The position numbers and the translations under genes are program-made. Source: Methanomassiliicoccales archaeon (GTDB lineage Archaea > Thermoplasmatota > Thermoplasmata > Methanomassiliicoccales > UBA472). From it: DNA of 64,000 nt. The DNA is taken from contig DATJOX010000055.1 in NCBI GenBank assembly GCA_035506675.1, forward strand, positions 10,951 through 74,950, read 5' to 3'. Shown one piece after another: positions 1 through 7,962 of the stretch; the stretch's first letter is position 1, and every line of letters begins with the position of its first letter. The notes below the pieces were generated by a model that ran no database searches, was not told where the DNA came from, and saw only the letters and a program-made list of their open reading frames with translations.

Positions 1-241
1 TGCCCTCCTGCAGCCCGCCGCGCTCCTTCACCCGGAAGCGATAGCGGGTCACCGCGAACCCCATGAACACGAAGACGATGAGCGCGACGAGCCAGTTGAC
101 CGATCCGAAAAGGCCGATGATCGTGCCCACGCCGAACGATGCGATGCTGCCGCTGGCGGTGAGCAGCTTGAACCGGTACGAGAGCGCGGAGAGCGCGCCG
201 CACAGCACCAGCACGAGGAGAACCGTCTCCAGGAAAGACAT
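1..241 (-). CDS. DUF92/TMEM19-like integral membrane protein, N-terminal part (gene runs off the left edge)
   Basis: ATG at 241..239. The translation MSFLETVLLVLVLCGALSALSYRFKLLTASGSIASFGVGTIIGLFGSVNWLVALIVFVFMGFAVTRYRFRVKERGGLQEG is multi-TM and resembles the DUF92 N-terminus as I recall it. A TATTTAAA box lies 24 nt upstream. Confidence 0.5.
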   Translation of the reverse strand, partial: MSFLETVLLVLVLCGALSALSYRFKLLTASGSIASFGVGTIIGLFGSVNWLVALIVFVFMGFAVTRYRFRVKERGGLQEG

Positions 242-264
242 TCAGGGCGCATGAGGCGGGTGCG

Positions 265-272
265 TATTTAAA
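265..272 (-). promoter_or_regulatory. TATA box (TATTTAAA) for the leaderless DUF92 gene
   Basis: A/T-rich octamer in GC-rich DNA, 24 nt upstream of ATG 241. Confidence 0.5.
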
Positions 273-290
273 CATGCACTCGCGCGGACG

Positions 291-3200
291 TCACTTGTCG
301 CCTTTCGAGAGGTCCTTAGCGACCGCCTCGAGGTCCTCGACGCTCGCGTTGTCCAGCTCTGCCTGGCACTGGGGGCACTTGGCGCTATCGCTCGGGATCT
401 TGGCCCCGCAGGCCGGGCATTCCAGCTTCTCGGACTTCTTGCCCTGCAGCGGGAGTCTCAGGGCCGCGTTGGTCGCGAGCAGCGGAGCGGTGGTATCCTT
501 GATCCCGCGAACCCCTTCCAGGTCCCCGTCCCAAGCGACGAGATTGGCGCCATAGGTCTTTTCCATCTCCGCGATGACCTCTTTCATCTTGTCAGGCACC
601 TTGCCGGTGCGCTCGCCGTGCAGCACCACTGCCAGGAATACGTTCGCGCCCTTCTCCACCAGGATCTTCTTGTCCCCGAAGTCCAGGCGCTGGAGGTGCG
701 TGGCGCTTTCATCCTTGAACGAGTCTTTCACGAAGCTCTGGATGGCGACGAGCATGGAGGAGAGGATGTCGTCGTCCATTCCTGGTTTCAGCCTTCTAGT
801 CTGGTGCGCGATCAATCTGCCGTCCTCATAGATCACGAAGACCTCGTCGACGGCTATGCGCGATCCCCACATGTACAGCGATAGGACTAGCGCCGCGAGA
901 ACGACAGCCACGAACAGCAAGATGAGGGTCGAATCACCTGGCGCCACGACTGAGATTTCGTAGTGTCCGGTACTGTAGTTGTTCTGTTCATTGTCAGTCG
1001 CTACGATCCAATACGTGACAATTGCCGTGTGATTAAGACCAGGAATCTGGGCCGCGTAATTGTTAGGTGAGCCCTGTGGCGTCATTTGCACCACGTTTTC
1101 CGTTCCGTTGTTGACTAAGTAGTGCAGCGTGACAGAATCGATGCCGACCGGATCCGAGACCATGGCAGCAACGGTTACAGCCTGGCTAGTATTCACCGAG
1201 CTGATTGCGCCCTCGAGCACGACCTGCGGAGGCGTTTCGTCCTTGGCGACACTGATCCAACGGATGGTGGTGTTGGAAACCCCTTCATCATCCGTCACGG
1301 TGAGGGTTACCAGGAACTCCCCTTTGGTTGAGTAAATATGGCTGACATCTTTGCTCCAAGTGACATGTCCGTCGCCGAGATTCCATGTCCAGTTCACGAT
1401 GGGGGATGACGGGGTCGTCGACATGTCGTTGAAATACGTATATTGACCCTCAGTGCTGGATGTCTTCGTGAACGCCGCTGTAGGGCCCTTGTCGACGATG
1501 GTGATCCGTTGGCTGGTCGTATTCTTGGAACCATCGGAATCGGTGACCAGCAGTGTGACATTGTACTTGCCGCTATGAACGAAGACGTGCGTACAGTTCT
1601 CGACGGTCGACGTACTGCCATCGCCGAAGTCCCACTTCCACAAATGGAGAGGATCATATGATGTGCTCGTGTCATTGAACCAGACATGATACCCTTCGAA
1701 GCCCTGGCTCGGTTCGATAGAGAAACTAGCGATAGGGACGGAATTGACGATCTTCACCAGCATCGAAGTCGAATTCACGGAGCCATTGCCATCTGTCACA
1801 GTCAGAACTACTGTGTAATTGCCATCTTTTGCGTAAGTGTGATTCACTTGGCTTCCATGGGACGTTTCATTGTCTCCAAACACCCAATACCACGATGCAA
1901 GCCCGTGGTATGCCTTGGAATGATCGACGAAATGAACGTTCTTTCCTTCCGTCTGGTTCTCTGGCGAGTATGTGAAACTTACGTCTGGGAACGAATAGAG
2001 CACCGTTATGTTCATTCCGAAGGTGCTGGAGACGTTGTCGGAGTCAGTTACTGTGATGGTCACAAAATAGGGCGCCGTGCGGTTGTAAGCGAAGATATGG
2101 GTGACGTTGCTGAGTTTCGACGATGTGCCATCCCCAAAGTCCCAGTGTACCGAGATGATACCATCATAGTGGCTTGACGTGTCGTTGAAGACCACGCTCG
2201 TTCCCTCGATCGGCGAAACACTCGAGACGGTGAAGTTCGCTTTCGGGGGGACATCGATGACCGTTATGTTGCAGTAGGCCCTGCTGATGCTTCCATCGTT
2301 GTCCTCGACTGTAAGTTCGACGGTGTAATTTCCATGCACGACGTATCTGTGACTGGACAAATTGCCGGATCCCACGCCGCCGTCGCCAAAGCTCCAGGTC
2401 CAGCTCTTAATCGGATCGTAGATGACCTTGGAGTGGTCCGTGAAGTTGCAGATTTGCCCTTCGGATATCTGATAGGCCGAAGAGGTGAAGTTTGCCACGG
2501 GGACCGTGTCCATGACTTGTATCTTCTTTGAGATGTTGCCGCGTCCTCCATCACTGTCTGTGACGGTTAGATTGACAGTATAGTTGCCTTGATTACCGTA
2601 GACGTGGGGCAGCGGATTAGCGAGATTTGAGTAGTTACCGTCGCCGAAGCTCCAATTCCATAAGTTAATTGGGTGGGGGTAAGAATGTGATAGATCGGTG
2701 AAATTAACGGTGTCAACACCCTCTCTCGGCGAGGTTGGCGTGAAGTTGAAGTCAGCGACTGGGAACGTCTGAGTGATCACCATGCTCAAGTTGCTCCAGT
2801 CGCTCAGGCCCCCCCTGTCTGTGACCTTGAGCGAGACATTGTAGGGGCCATACTCCCAATAGGTGGCGTTGACTATCTCCCCAATCGGATGGTAGGTGCT
2901 ATTGAACCACCACTGGAACGTTAGCGAGCCCCGGTCTGAGAATGAATCGTTGCTGCCTTCGCCCGAGAACGTGATTTTCTGGCCTTCCGGCGCAGTGTAG
3001 GCGGATGCGGTGGCGTTCGCTTTAGGAGCAAGATTCTGCTGGAACCATAGACTTAGGGAATGAGAATCGGGCGCCGAGCAGACCACGTCGGTCCTGAGAT
3101 CCCCGTTCAGATCGCAAGCTGCAACATCGGCGCAGATGCCACCGGACGTCCAGTTTGGGCCTTCCTGGAACGTGGAAACTCCGTTCCTTAGGTACGTGTC

Positions 3201-5351
3201 CACTATTGGCGTGTTCGCATAGCCAACGACCAGATCCTCCTTGCCGTCGTCGTTGATGTCGCCCGCTCCGATGGCTGTGGCGGCCTCCTTGATGGTGAGG
3301 ACGGCTGCTGCGCTCACGTCGATAGTGAAGCCATAAGGCTGTTGGTCGTAGATCAGAATCCGGTTGGTAGAATCAAGGATTGCTAAGTCTTGGCCCGTAG
3401 GCCCTCCGAAGTCACCGGAGACCATCATCTTCATGCTTGAGCCGCTGTAAGTGAGATTGGCGCTTGGGTTCTTTGGGTAGTAATTGCCCGCAGTTCCTGG
3501 ATGGTTCCTCAAGAAGATCTCCACGGTTGATGTTGCTGAGTTGAGCACTGCCAGATCTGTCGCGTTCCTATCTTGGTCGAAGTCTCCCGGGACTATGTTG
3601 GCTGTACTTCCTACGCATGAGCTGCCGAACGTCTCTGATTGGGCAGGATTGAACATTGAGCTAGTGGCAGTGTTGTACAGCGCCAGGAGGCCGTGACCTG
3701 AGCCAATTACGAGGTCATCGCGGCCATTGTCTCTGATTGAGACGTTCGCAATGCAACTGGCATCTGTCAGTGGTATTGTGATATTGACGAACGGCTGAGT
3801 CCCCAAAGCGTACTGCTCATCCTTGTAGACATTCACGGTGTGTGAGGACGAGCATAGGATAGCCAGATCGTTCGAGGAGTCGCCATCGAAGTTGCCAAAA
3901 ACTAAATCCACTGGGCCGACCGAAGTCGATAGTAGTCGCCGCAGACCACTGGTCGGATCGCTTAGCAGCACCTCGTTCGATCCAGGGATAATCGAAGCGA
4001 TGATGTCGCTACCGTCTCCCATACGTCCTGAGGCGAGTTTGCCTGGGCTCAGGGCTGCTGTGAAAAGGTTCAGGTCAGCGTTGCTTGTGAATCTTGAATT
4101 GCAGGAAAAGGCCTCCAGCGTCGAATTCGATACGCCGTCACCAGCGGACAACACCAAAAGGTATTCCGTTCCTTGTGCAGACGGGTCGATTACGATCTTG
4201 AGTGGCTTCGCGTTGACGGGAACGGTGGCATTGGGTGTGAGGCTCCAGCTGGTGCTAGTCAACGCGAACGCGGCAGAAACATTTGAGCCGGACGCTGATG
4301 CCCAGACCGCGTCGTGTCTGCCATCATCTGTCACGTTCCCGAACGTGACATCTGAAACGCCTGATGCCGGGATTGGGGTCTGGGAAATTGAGCTGAAGAA
4401 TGTCCCGGTGTTCATGAAGACGTATATTTTCGAATTGATTGAGTTAGCGAAGATCAGGTCCGGTCTGCCATCGCCGTTCACATCACATAGTTCGACGTCA
4501 GCGGCGGACCCAGAGATTGACATCGTTTGTTGCGAATTCCAGTCTCCTCCGGCGCTATGAGTAAATACGCCTACGTTCGCTGCACCCTTCTCGGCGACGA
4601 CGATGTCGGTCAGGTTGTCACCGTCGATGTCTGCCGCCGCCATGCAACGGCTCTTCATGAAACCAGCGATAGGCAGGTATGAGTGATCGGAGTCATCGTT
4701 CATCGGTTGGCTCCATATGTCAATTTCATCGTCCGCCATCGTTGGGGAACCTTCACAAAGGACTGCGACTGAATTGAGTGTCTTGCTTGTGAAATGGCCT
4801 ATCGCGATCATCGATGGGTTCGGTCTGAAGAGGTTCAATATCTTCGCGTAGGACGGGTTGAAGGAATTGTTCTGGTAGAAGATGGCGATCTCAGGATTGT
4901 GCCCTGTGCTGTTGCAGCTGACTGCGATGTCATTGAGCCCGTCGTTGTTCAGATCGCCGATCGCCACCGATCTTAGGTCGATGACATCCGATCGGATAAT
5001 GCGTTCTGGGCGACCGGAGAACAATCCGTTCGATAGCTGATGATATATCTGGATGGCATTAGTCTGGCTGGAGATGACGACAGCCTCGGTCCTGCCATCG
5101 TTGTCGATGTCTCCAATGGCGAAGTCGCACGCCCCGCGGTCGACGAGGATGGCTTGTCCGTATTCGTTGAAGACCGTTCCATTCTTGAAGAGTTGGCTCG
5201 TGTCGTGCTGCAGAGGCGGGGTGGCCGCAAGCACTTGAGAGTCAAGTCGCGTGGCAGCTTGGACAACGCCGATCGGTGAGAGCATGCATAGAGCGACAAC
5301 TAGAACTGCAGCGAGCATGACCCCCTTGCTCAGTTGTCCCATGACCCCCAT
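291..5351 (-). CDS. Giant surface protein: signal peptide, FG-GAP/VCBS propeller repeats, 7 PKD domains, TM anchor, cytoplasmic Roadblock-like domain, C-terminal zinc ribbon
   Basis: The longest ORF is 291..5369. I moved the start to ATG 5351 because the TATA box (5382..5388) is only 13 nt from 5369. It has a signal/TM segment (GVMLAAVLVVALCMLSPIGVVQA) and about 12 DxDxDG repeats (IGDIDNDGRTE, IGDLNNDGLND, DIDGDNLTD, DVNGDGRPD, GDINDDGKED, CDLNGDLRTD). It has 7 PKD repeats (W.W.FGDG...VTD.DG) and many N-x-S/T sequons. A TM segment (LILLFVAVVLAALVLSLYMW) is followed by a 189-aa tail and a CPAC-x10-CPQC ribbon. Confidence 0.85.
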   Translation of the reverse strand: MGVMGQLSKGVMLAAVLVVALCMLSPIGVVQAATRLDSQVLAATPPLQHDTSQLFKNGTVFNEYGQAILVDRGACDFAIGDIDNDGRTEAVVISSQTNAIQIYHQLSNGLFSGRPERIIRSDVIDLRSVAIGDLNNDGLNDIAVSCNSTGHNPEIAIFYQNNSFNPSYAKILNLFRPNPSMIAIGHFTSKTLNSVAVLCEGSPTMADDEIDIWSQPMNDDSDHSYLPIAGFMKSRCMAAADIDGDNLTDIVVAEKGAANVGVFTHSAGGDWNSQQTMSISGSAADVELCDVNGDGRPDLIFANSINSKIYVFMNTGTFFSSISQTPIPASGVSDVTFGNVTDDGRHDAVWASASGSNVSAAFALTSTSWSLTPNATVPVNAKPLKIVIDPSAQGTEYLLVLSAGDGVSNSTLEAFSCNSRFTSNADLNLFTAALSPGKLASGRMGDGSDIIASIIPGSNEVLLSDPTSGLRRLLSTSVGPVDLVFGNFDGDSSNDLAILCSSSHTVNVYKDEQYALGTQPFVNITIPLTDASCIANVSIRDNGRDDLVIGSGHGLLALYNTATSSMFNPAQSETFGSSCVGSTANIVPGDFDQDRNATDLAVLNSATSTVEIFLRNHPGTAGNYYPKNPSANLTYSGSSMKMMVSGDFGGPTGQDLAILDSTNRILIYDQQPYGFTIDVSAAAVLTIKEAATAIGAGDINDDGKEDLVVGYANTPIVDTYLRNGVSTFQEGPNWTSGGICADVAACDLNGDLRTDVVCSAPDSHSLSLWFQQNLAPKANATASAYTAPEGQKITFSGEGSNDSFSDRGSLTFQWWFNSTYHPIGEIVNATYWEYGPYNVSLKVTDRGGLSDWSNLSMVITQTFPVADFNFTPTSPREGVDTVNFTDLSHSYPHPINLWNWSFGDGNYSNLANPLPHVYGNQGNYTVNLTVTDSDGGRGNISKKIQVMDTVPVANFTSSAYQISEGQICNFTDHSKVIYDPIKSWTWSFGDGGVGSGNLSSHRYVVHGNYTVELTVEDNDGSISRAYCNITVIDVPPKANFTVSSVSPIEGTSVVFNDTSSHYDGIISVHWDFGDGTSSKLSNVTHIFAYNRTAPYFVTITVTDSDNVSSTFGMNITVLYSFPDVSFTYSPENQTEGKNVHFVDHSKAYHGLASWYWVFGDNETSHGSQVNHTYAKDGNYTVVLTVTDGNGSVNSTSMLVKIVNSVPIASFSIEPSQGFEGYHVWFNDTSTSYDPLHLWKWDFGDGSTSTVENCTHVFVHSGKYNVTLLVTDSDGSKNTTSQRITIVDKGPTAAFTKTSSTEGQYTYFNDMSTTPSSPIVNWTWNLGDGHVTWSKDVSHIYSTKGEFLVTLTVTDDEGVSNTTIRWISVAKDETPPQVVLEGAISSVNTSQAVTVAAMVSDPVGIDSVTLHYLVNNGTENVVQMTPQGSPNNYAAQIPGLNHTAIVTYWIVATDNEQNNYSTGHYEISVVAPGDSTLILLFVAVVLAALVLSLYMWGSRIAVDEVFVIYEDGRLIAHQTRRLKPGMDDDILSSMLVAIQSFVKDSFKDESATHLQRLDFGDKKILVEKGANVFLAVVLHGERTGKVPDKMKEVIAEMEKTYGANLVAWDGDLEGVRGIKDTTAPLLATNAALRLPLQGKKSEKLECPACGAKIPSDSAKCPQCQAELDNASVEDLEAVAKDLSKGDK

Positions 5352-5381
5352 CCCAGTGAGGAAATGCATCTCCGCGCGAAC

Positions 5382-5388
5382 ATAAATA
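5382..5388 (-). promoter_or_regulatory. TATA box for the giant surface protein gene
   Basis: cataaatacc on the + strand (TATTTAT on the - strand), about 31 nt upstream of ATG 5351. Confidence 0.4.
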
Positions 5389-5532
5389 CCTGTTCACCTG
5401 GCAACGATTCTTGCTAATGTCGCGGTGTAAGTTCGCGCGCCTGTTCGCCCGTCATCGGTCAGAATCGCCAGTGAGTCTCAGATGTGAGTTTCAGAGGGCA
5501 TAATCAGGGATGAGATTCGGGGGTGAACGGGG

Positions 5533-5538
5533 ATATAT
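5533..5538 (+). promoter_or_regulatory. TATA box (ATATAT) for the wHTH gene
   Basis: 24 nt upstream of ATG 5562, and divergent from the giant gene. Confidence 0.45.
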
Positions 5539-5561
5539 GCTCGTCCGGAATCTGCTCAAAC

Positions 5562-5921
5562 ATGGCGTCGCGCATCGATGAGTTCCAGATCACCCGGATG
5601 GCCTTCGACGACGATGTCCGGCAGGTGCTCCAGGTCACCACCGGCACCCCGTTGCAGGTGAAGGAGATCTCGGAACTGGGTGGGATCAATCTCGAGAGGG
5701 CGTACCGGCTCGTCCGGCAGATGTGCGCGTGTGGTCTGTTGAGGAAGAGCGTTCCTCCGTCGGGGATCGCGGTCTATCAGTCGAACATCCGCACCATCAA
5801 TTTGAGCATCGAGCGCGATCGTCTCGGCATCATCGTGGAGTTTTTGGATGGCGAGAAGTGGCACACGGAGTTCGGCAACGCCAGCGCTCAACGCCCTATC
5901 GAAGCCTCGACCAAGGCATAG
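5562..5921 (+). CDS. Small winged-helix (ArsR/MarR-like) transcription regulator
   Basis: 119 aa. The segment LQVKEISELGGINLERAYRLVRQMCACGLL looks like an HTH recognition unit. I chose the internal ATG over GTG 5523 because of the TATA spacing. Confidence 0.55.
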   Translation: MASRIDEFQITRMAFDDDVRQVLQVTTGTPLQVKEISELGGINLERAYRLVRQMCACGLLRKSVPPSGIAVYQSNIRTINLSIERDRLGIIVEFLDGEKWHTEFGNASAQRPIEASTKA

Positions 5922-6166
5922 AAATCGAGCGCAAGGCTCCCGGCCTCTTCCTTCCCCGAGACCGGCTGCATCATGAGGCGTCCGTTGGGGTAGAGGGTAT
6001 ACTCCTTCGAACCCTTCATGGCGATCAGCATCACGCCCTGGTCCTCGGTCTCGAACCCTTTTTCTCTCAATAGCGCGGCGGCCTTGTCCAGGTCGTATCG
6101 CACGCTCTCCTGCGGCACCGCCGTCATGGATTTCGATTCGCAGAGGCGCAGGAGCTTGAACCTCAT
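5888..6166 (-). CDS. Hypothetical 92-aa protein (no family recognised)
   Basis: The ATG lies 1 nt after the stop of the upstream kinase gene (TGAgATG), suggesting co-translation. Its 3' end overlaps the convergent wHTH gene by 34 nt. Confidence 0.45.
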   Translation of the reverse strand: MRFKLLRLCESKSMTAVPQESVRYDLDKAAALLREKGFETEDQGVMLIAMKGSKEYTLYPNGRLMMQPVSGKEEAGSLALDFYALVEASIGR

Positions 6167-6167
6167 C

Positions 6168-6701
6168 TCACGACGACTCCTCGAGCAACGACCTTACGCT
6201 CTTCTTGAAATCGTCCAGTGAGCCTTCGTTCACGATCATGCGGTCGGCGATCGCGATCAGGTCGCCAAGCCCCCAGCTCAGCTCCCTTTGGTCCCGCCGA
6301 TCGAACTCGCTCCAGGTCGTGGGCGCGTCGGCCCTCCCTCTTCGGACCAGCCTGTCGTAGCGGGTGCGCGGTGCCGAGTGCACGGCCACCAGCTGAACGT
6401 TCTTTCCGAAAGCCTCCTGGAACACCCGGAGCTCGTCGGTCCCGCGGCTCCCGTCGATGATCGTCCTGTTCCCTCTGACTCTGGAGACGCACCGCTTCGC
6501 CCAAATGTCGAAGCCATGCTTCTTGCGCTCCTCGTTCGCGAAGCCTCCCACTCCCTTGTCGTCGTTGCTAACGCCGTTCCTCGCCGCCTCTTCGCGCACG
6601 ACGTCCCCCATCCGCACCACTTCGAAGCCCAGCTCCTTAGCGACCGCCACGAACTCCTCCTTCCCGGACCCGGGCATCCCGGTGACGACGATGACCTTCA
6701 G
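6168..6701 (-). CDS. UPF0200/dephospho-CoA-kinase-like P-loop nucleotide kinase
   Basis: The Walker A motif GMPGSGKE sits at the extreme N-terminus of the ATG-6677 ORF. The conserved beta-1 strand (KVIVVTG) is encoded upstream. The only plausible start is CTG 6701..6699, 7 nt after GGAGG. If only ATG is allowed, the start is 6677. Confidence 0.7.
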   Translation of the reverse strand: MKVIVVTGMPGSGKEEFVAVAKELGFEVVRMGDVVREEAARNGVSNDDKGVGGFANEERKKHGFDIWAKRCVSRVRGNRTIIDGSRGTDELRVFQEAFGKNVQLVAVHSAPRTRYDRLVRRGRADAPTTWSEFDRRDQRELSWGLGDLIAIADRMIVNEGSLDDFKKSVRSLLEESS

Positions 6702-6898
6702 GTGTAGTCCTCCGTTGCTTCCGCAGGCGACTCGAGCGCTCTGGGCTTCGTCGAATTCCTCTTGCGCCTAATAAACAGTGGCCCGGGGCGACTGAATCTA
6801 ACCATGTCGCCCTGGCTTGGTTTCTCTGATTTCTATTCTCCCTCAGGAATCACCAAAGACTTAAGATAGGAAACGCTTATCCGAACTCCCAGGCTGGG

Positions 6899-7312
6899 AT
6901 GCCCCCGGTTGGAGTGAATGGAATGCAGCAGACGAAGTCGGTGGAGGCGATTCTCGAGGAGATAATTCAGCAGGAGTCCCCCTCGGACCCGGCGGTGCAG
7001 AGCATCTCCATCGTGTCCAAGACCGGGCTGCTGATCGCTGGAAAGGCCGCATCCATCGCCAAGCCGGAGACCTTCTCGGCCATGGCCGCGATCATGTACT
7101 CGAGCGCGGAGGCGACCCGCACCGATGCGCTGAAGGACAAGCTGGAGTACATCGTCGGCGTGTTCCGGTCGACCAAGCTCATCATCGCTGAGGTTTCGTC
7201 ATCGTTGCTCATCATCGCCACGACGGACCGGGCGGCGGACAACGAGAAGGTCCTGGAGAGCATGAACAAGATCATCACCCGGACGAAGCAGGAGCTCGTC
7301 TGGCTGCGCTGA
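6899..7312 (+). CDS. Roadblock/LC7 (MglB-like) domain protein
   Basis: 137 aa. The pattern VQSISIVSKTGLLIAGKA...FSAMAAIMYSSAEA...IVGVFRSTKLIIAEVSSSLLIIATTD is typical of Roadblock/LC7. A TTAAGATA box lies about 31 nt upstream. Confidence 0.7.
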   Translation: MPPVGVNGMQQTKSVEAILEEIIQQESPSDPAVQSISIVSKTGLLIAGKAASIAKPETFSAMAAIMYSSAEATRTDALKDKLEYIVGVFRSTKLIIAEVSSSLLIIATTDRAADNEKVLESMNKIITRTKQELVWLR

Positions 7313-7503
7313 TCGTTTCGGGTCCTCTTTGTCGCAGAAAAGTCAATGAACCAGGCGATGCCAATCGCCCCTAGAAGGTGATTCGATCTACTCGGTTGAA
7401 GCGGCGGACAAGCGCAGGCATCGTATCAGCTTGATATACGTCGTCGCGAGCGCGATCGCTTTGCTGGCGATATTGCTGACGATAGTCTACGTGCGCTGAG
7501 CGC

Positions 7504-7962
7504 TCAGATGATGTGGTCCGCGGTGTCCTCGAGTATCCTGTCGCAGTAGATGCAGCGCAGGATCGGCGGGTCCCGGTTCTCCACGCTGAACTCCGGCACC
7601 ACTGGCTCGTTCAGGTTCGTGATGCAGCTGGGATTGCCACAGCGCACGATCCCCTTTACCGTGTCCGGCAGCATGACCTTGAACTTCTCGGCCACGTTGA
7701 AATCCCGAATGATGTTGATGGTCGCCTTCGGCGAAATGAGCGCGATCTTGTCGACCTCGTGCGGGTCGAGCTCGCGATCCTCCACCTTGACCACGTCCTT
7801 GAACCCGATCTTCTTCGAGGGCACGTGCATGAGAACGCTGACCGGGGACTGCACGTTCGTCCCGCCGACGCCGATGATGCGCAGCACCTTAAGCGCCATC
7901 CCCGGATTGATGTGATCGATGACCGTGCCGTTGCGGATCGGGGTGATCTTGAGGTCCCTCAT
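7504..7962 (-). CDS. pyrI: Aspartate carbamoyltransferase regulatory chain
   Basis: MRDLKITPIRNGTVIDHI N-terminus and a C-terminal Zn cluster (CGNPSCIT...RCIYCD). The start overlaps the pyrB stop by 4 nt. Confidence 0.9.
   Translation of the reverse strand: MRDLKITPIRNGTVIDHINPGMALKVLRIIGVGGTNVQSPVSVLMHVPSKKIGFKDVVKVEDRELDPHEVDKIALISPKATINIIRDFNVAEKFKVMLPDTVKGIVRCGNPSCITNLNEPVVPEFSVENRDPPILRCIYCDRILEDTADHII

Noticed and set aside
7386-7499. Possible 37-aa single-TM micro-protein (YSVEAADKRRHRISLIYVVASAIALLAILLTIVYVR) between the Roadblock gene and pyrI. An AGGTGAT motif lies 3 nt before an ATC codon, and its stop sits in the palindrome CTGAGCGCTCAG shared with pyrI.
   Set aside because: There is no canonical start (the only TTG is at 7431), the SD spacing is too short, and the ORF is below any length I can support without conservation data. 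It is worth a look only if AUC starts are confirmed for rad50.
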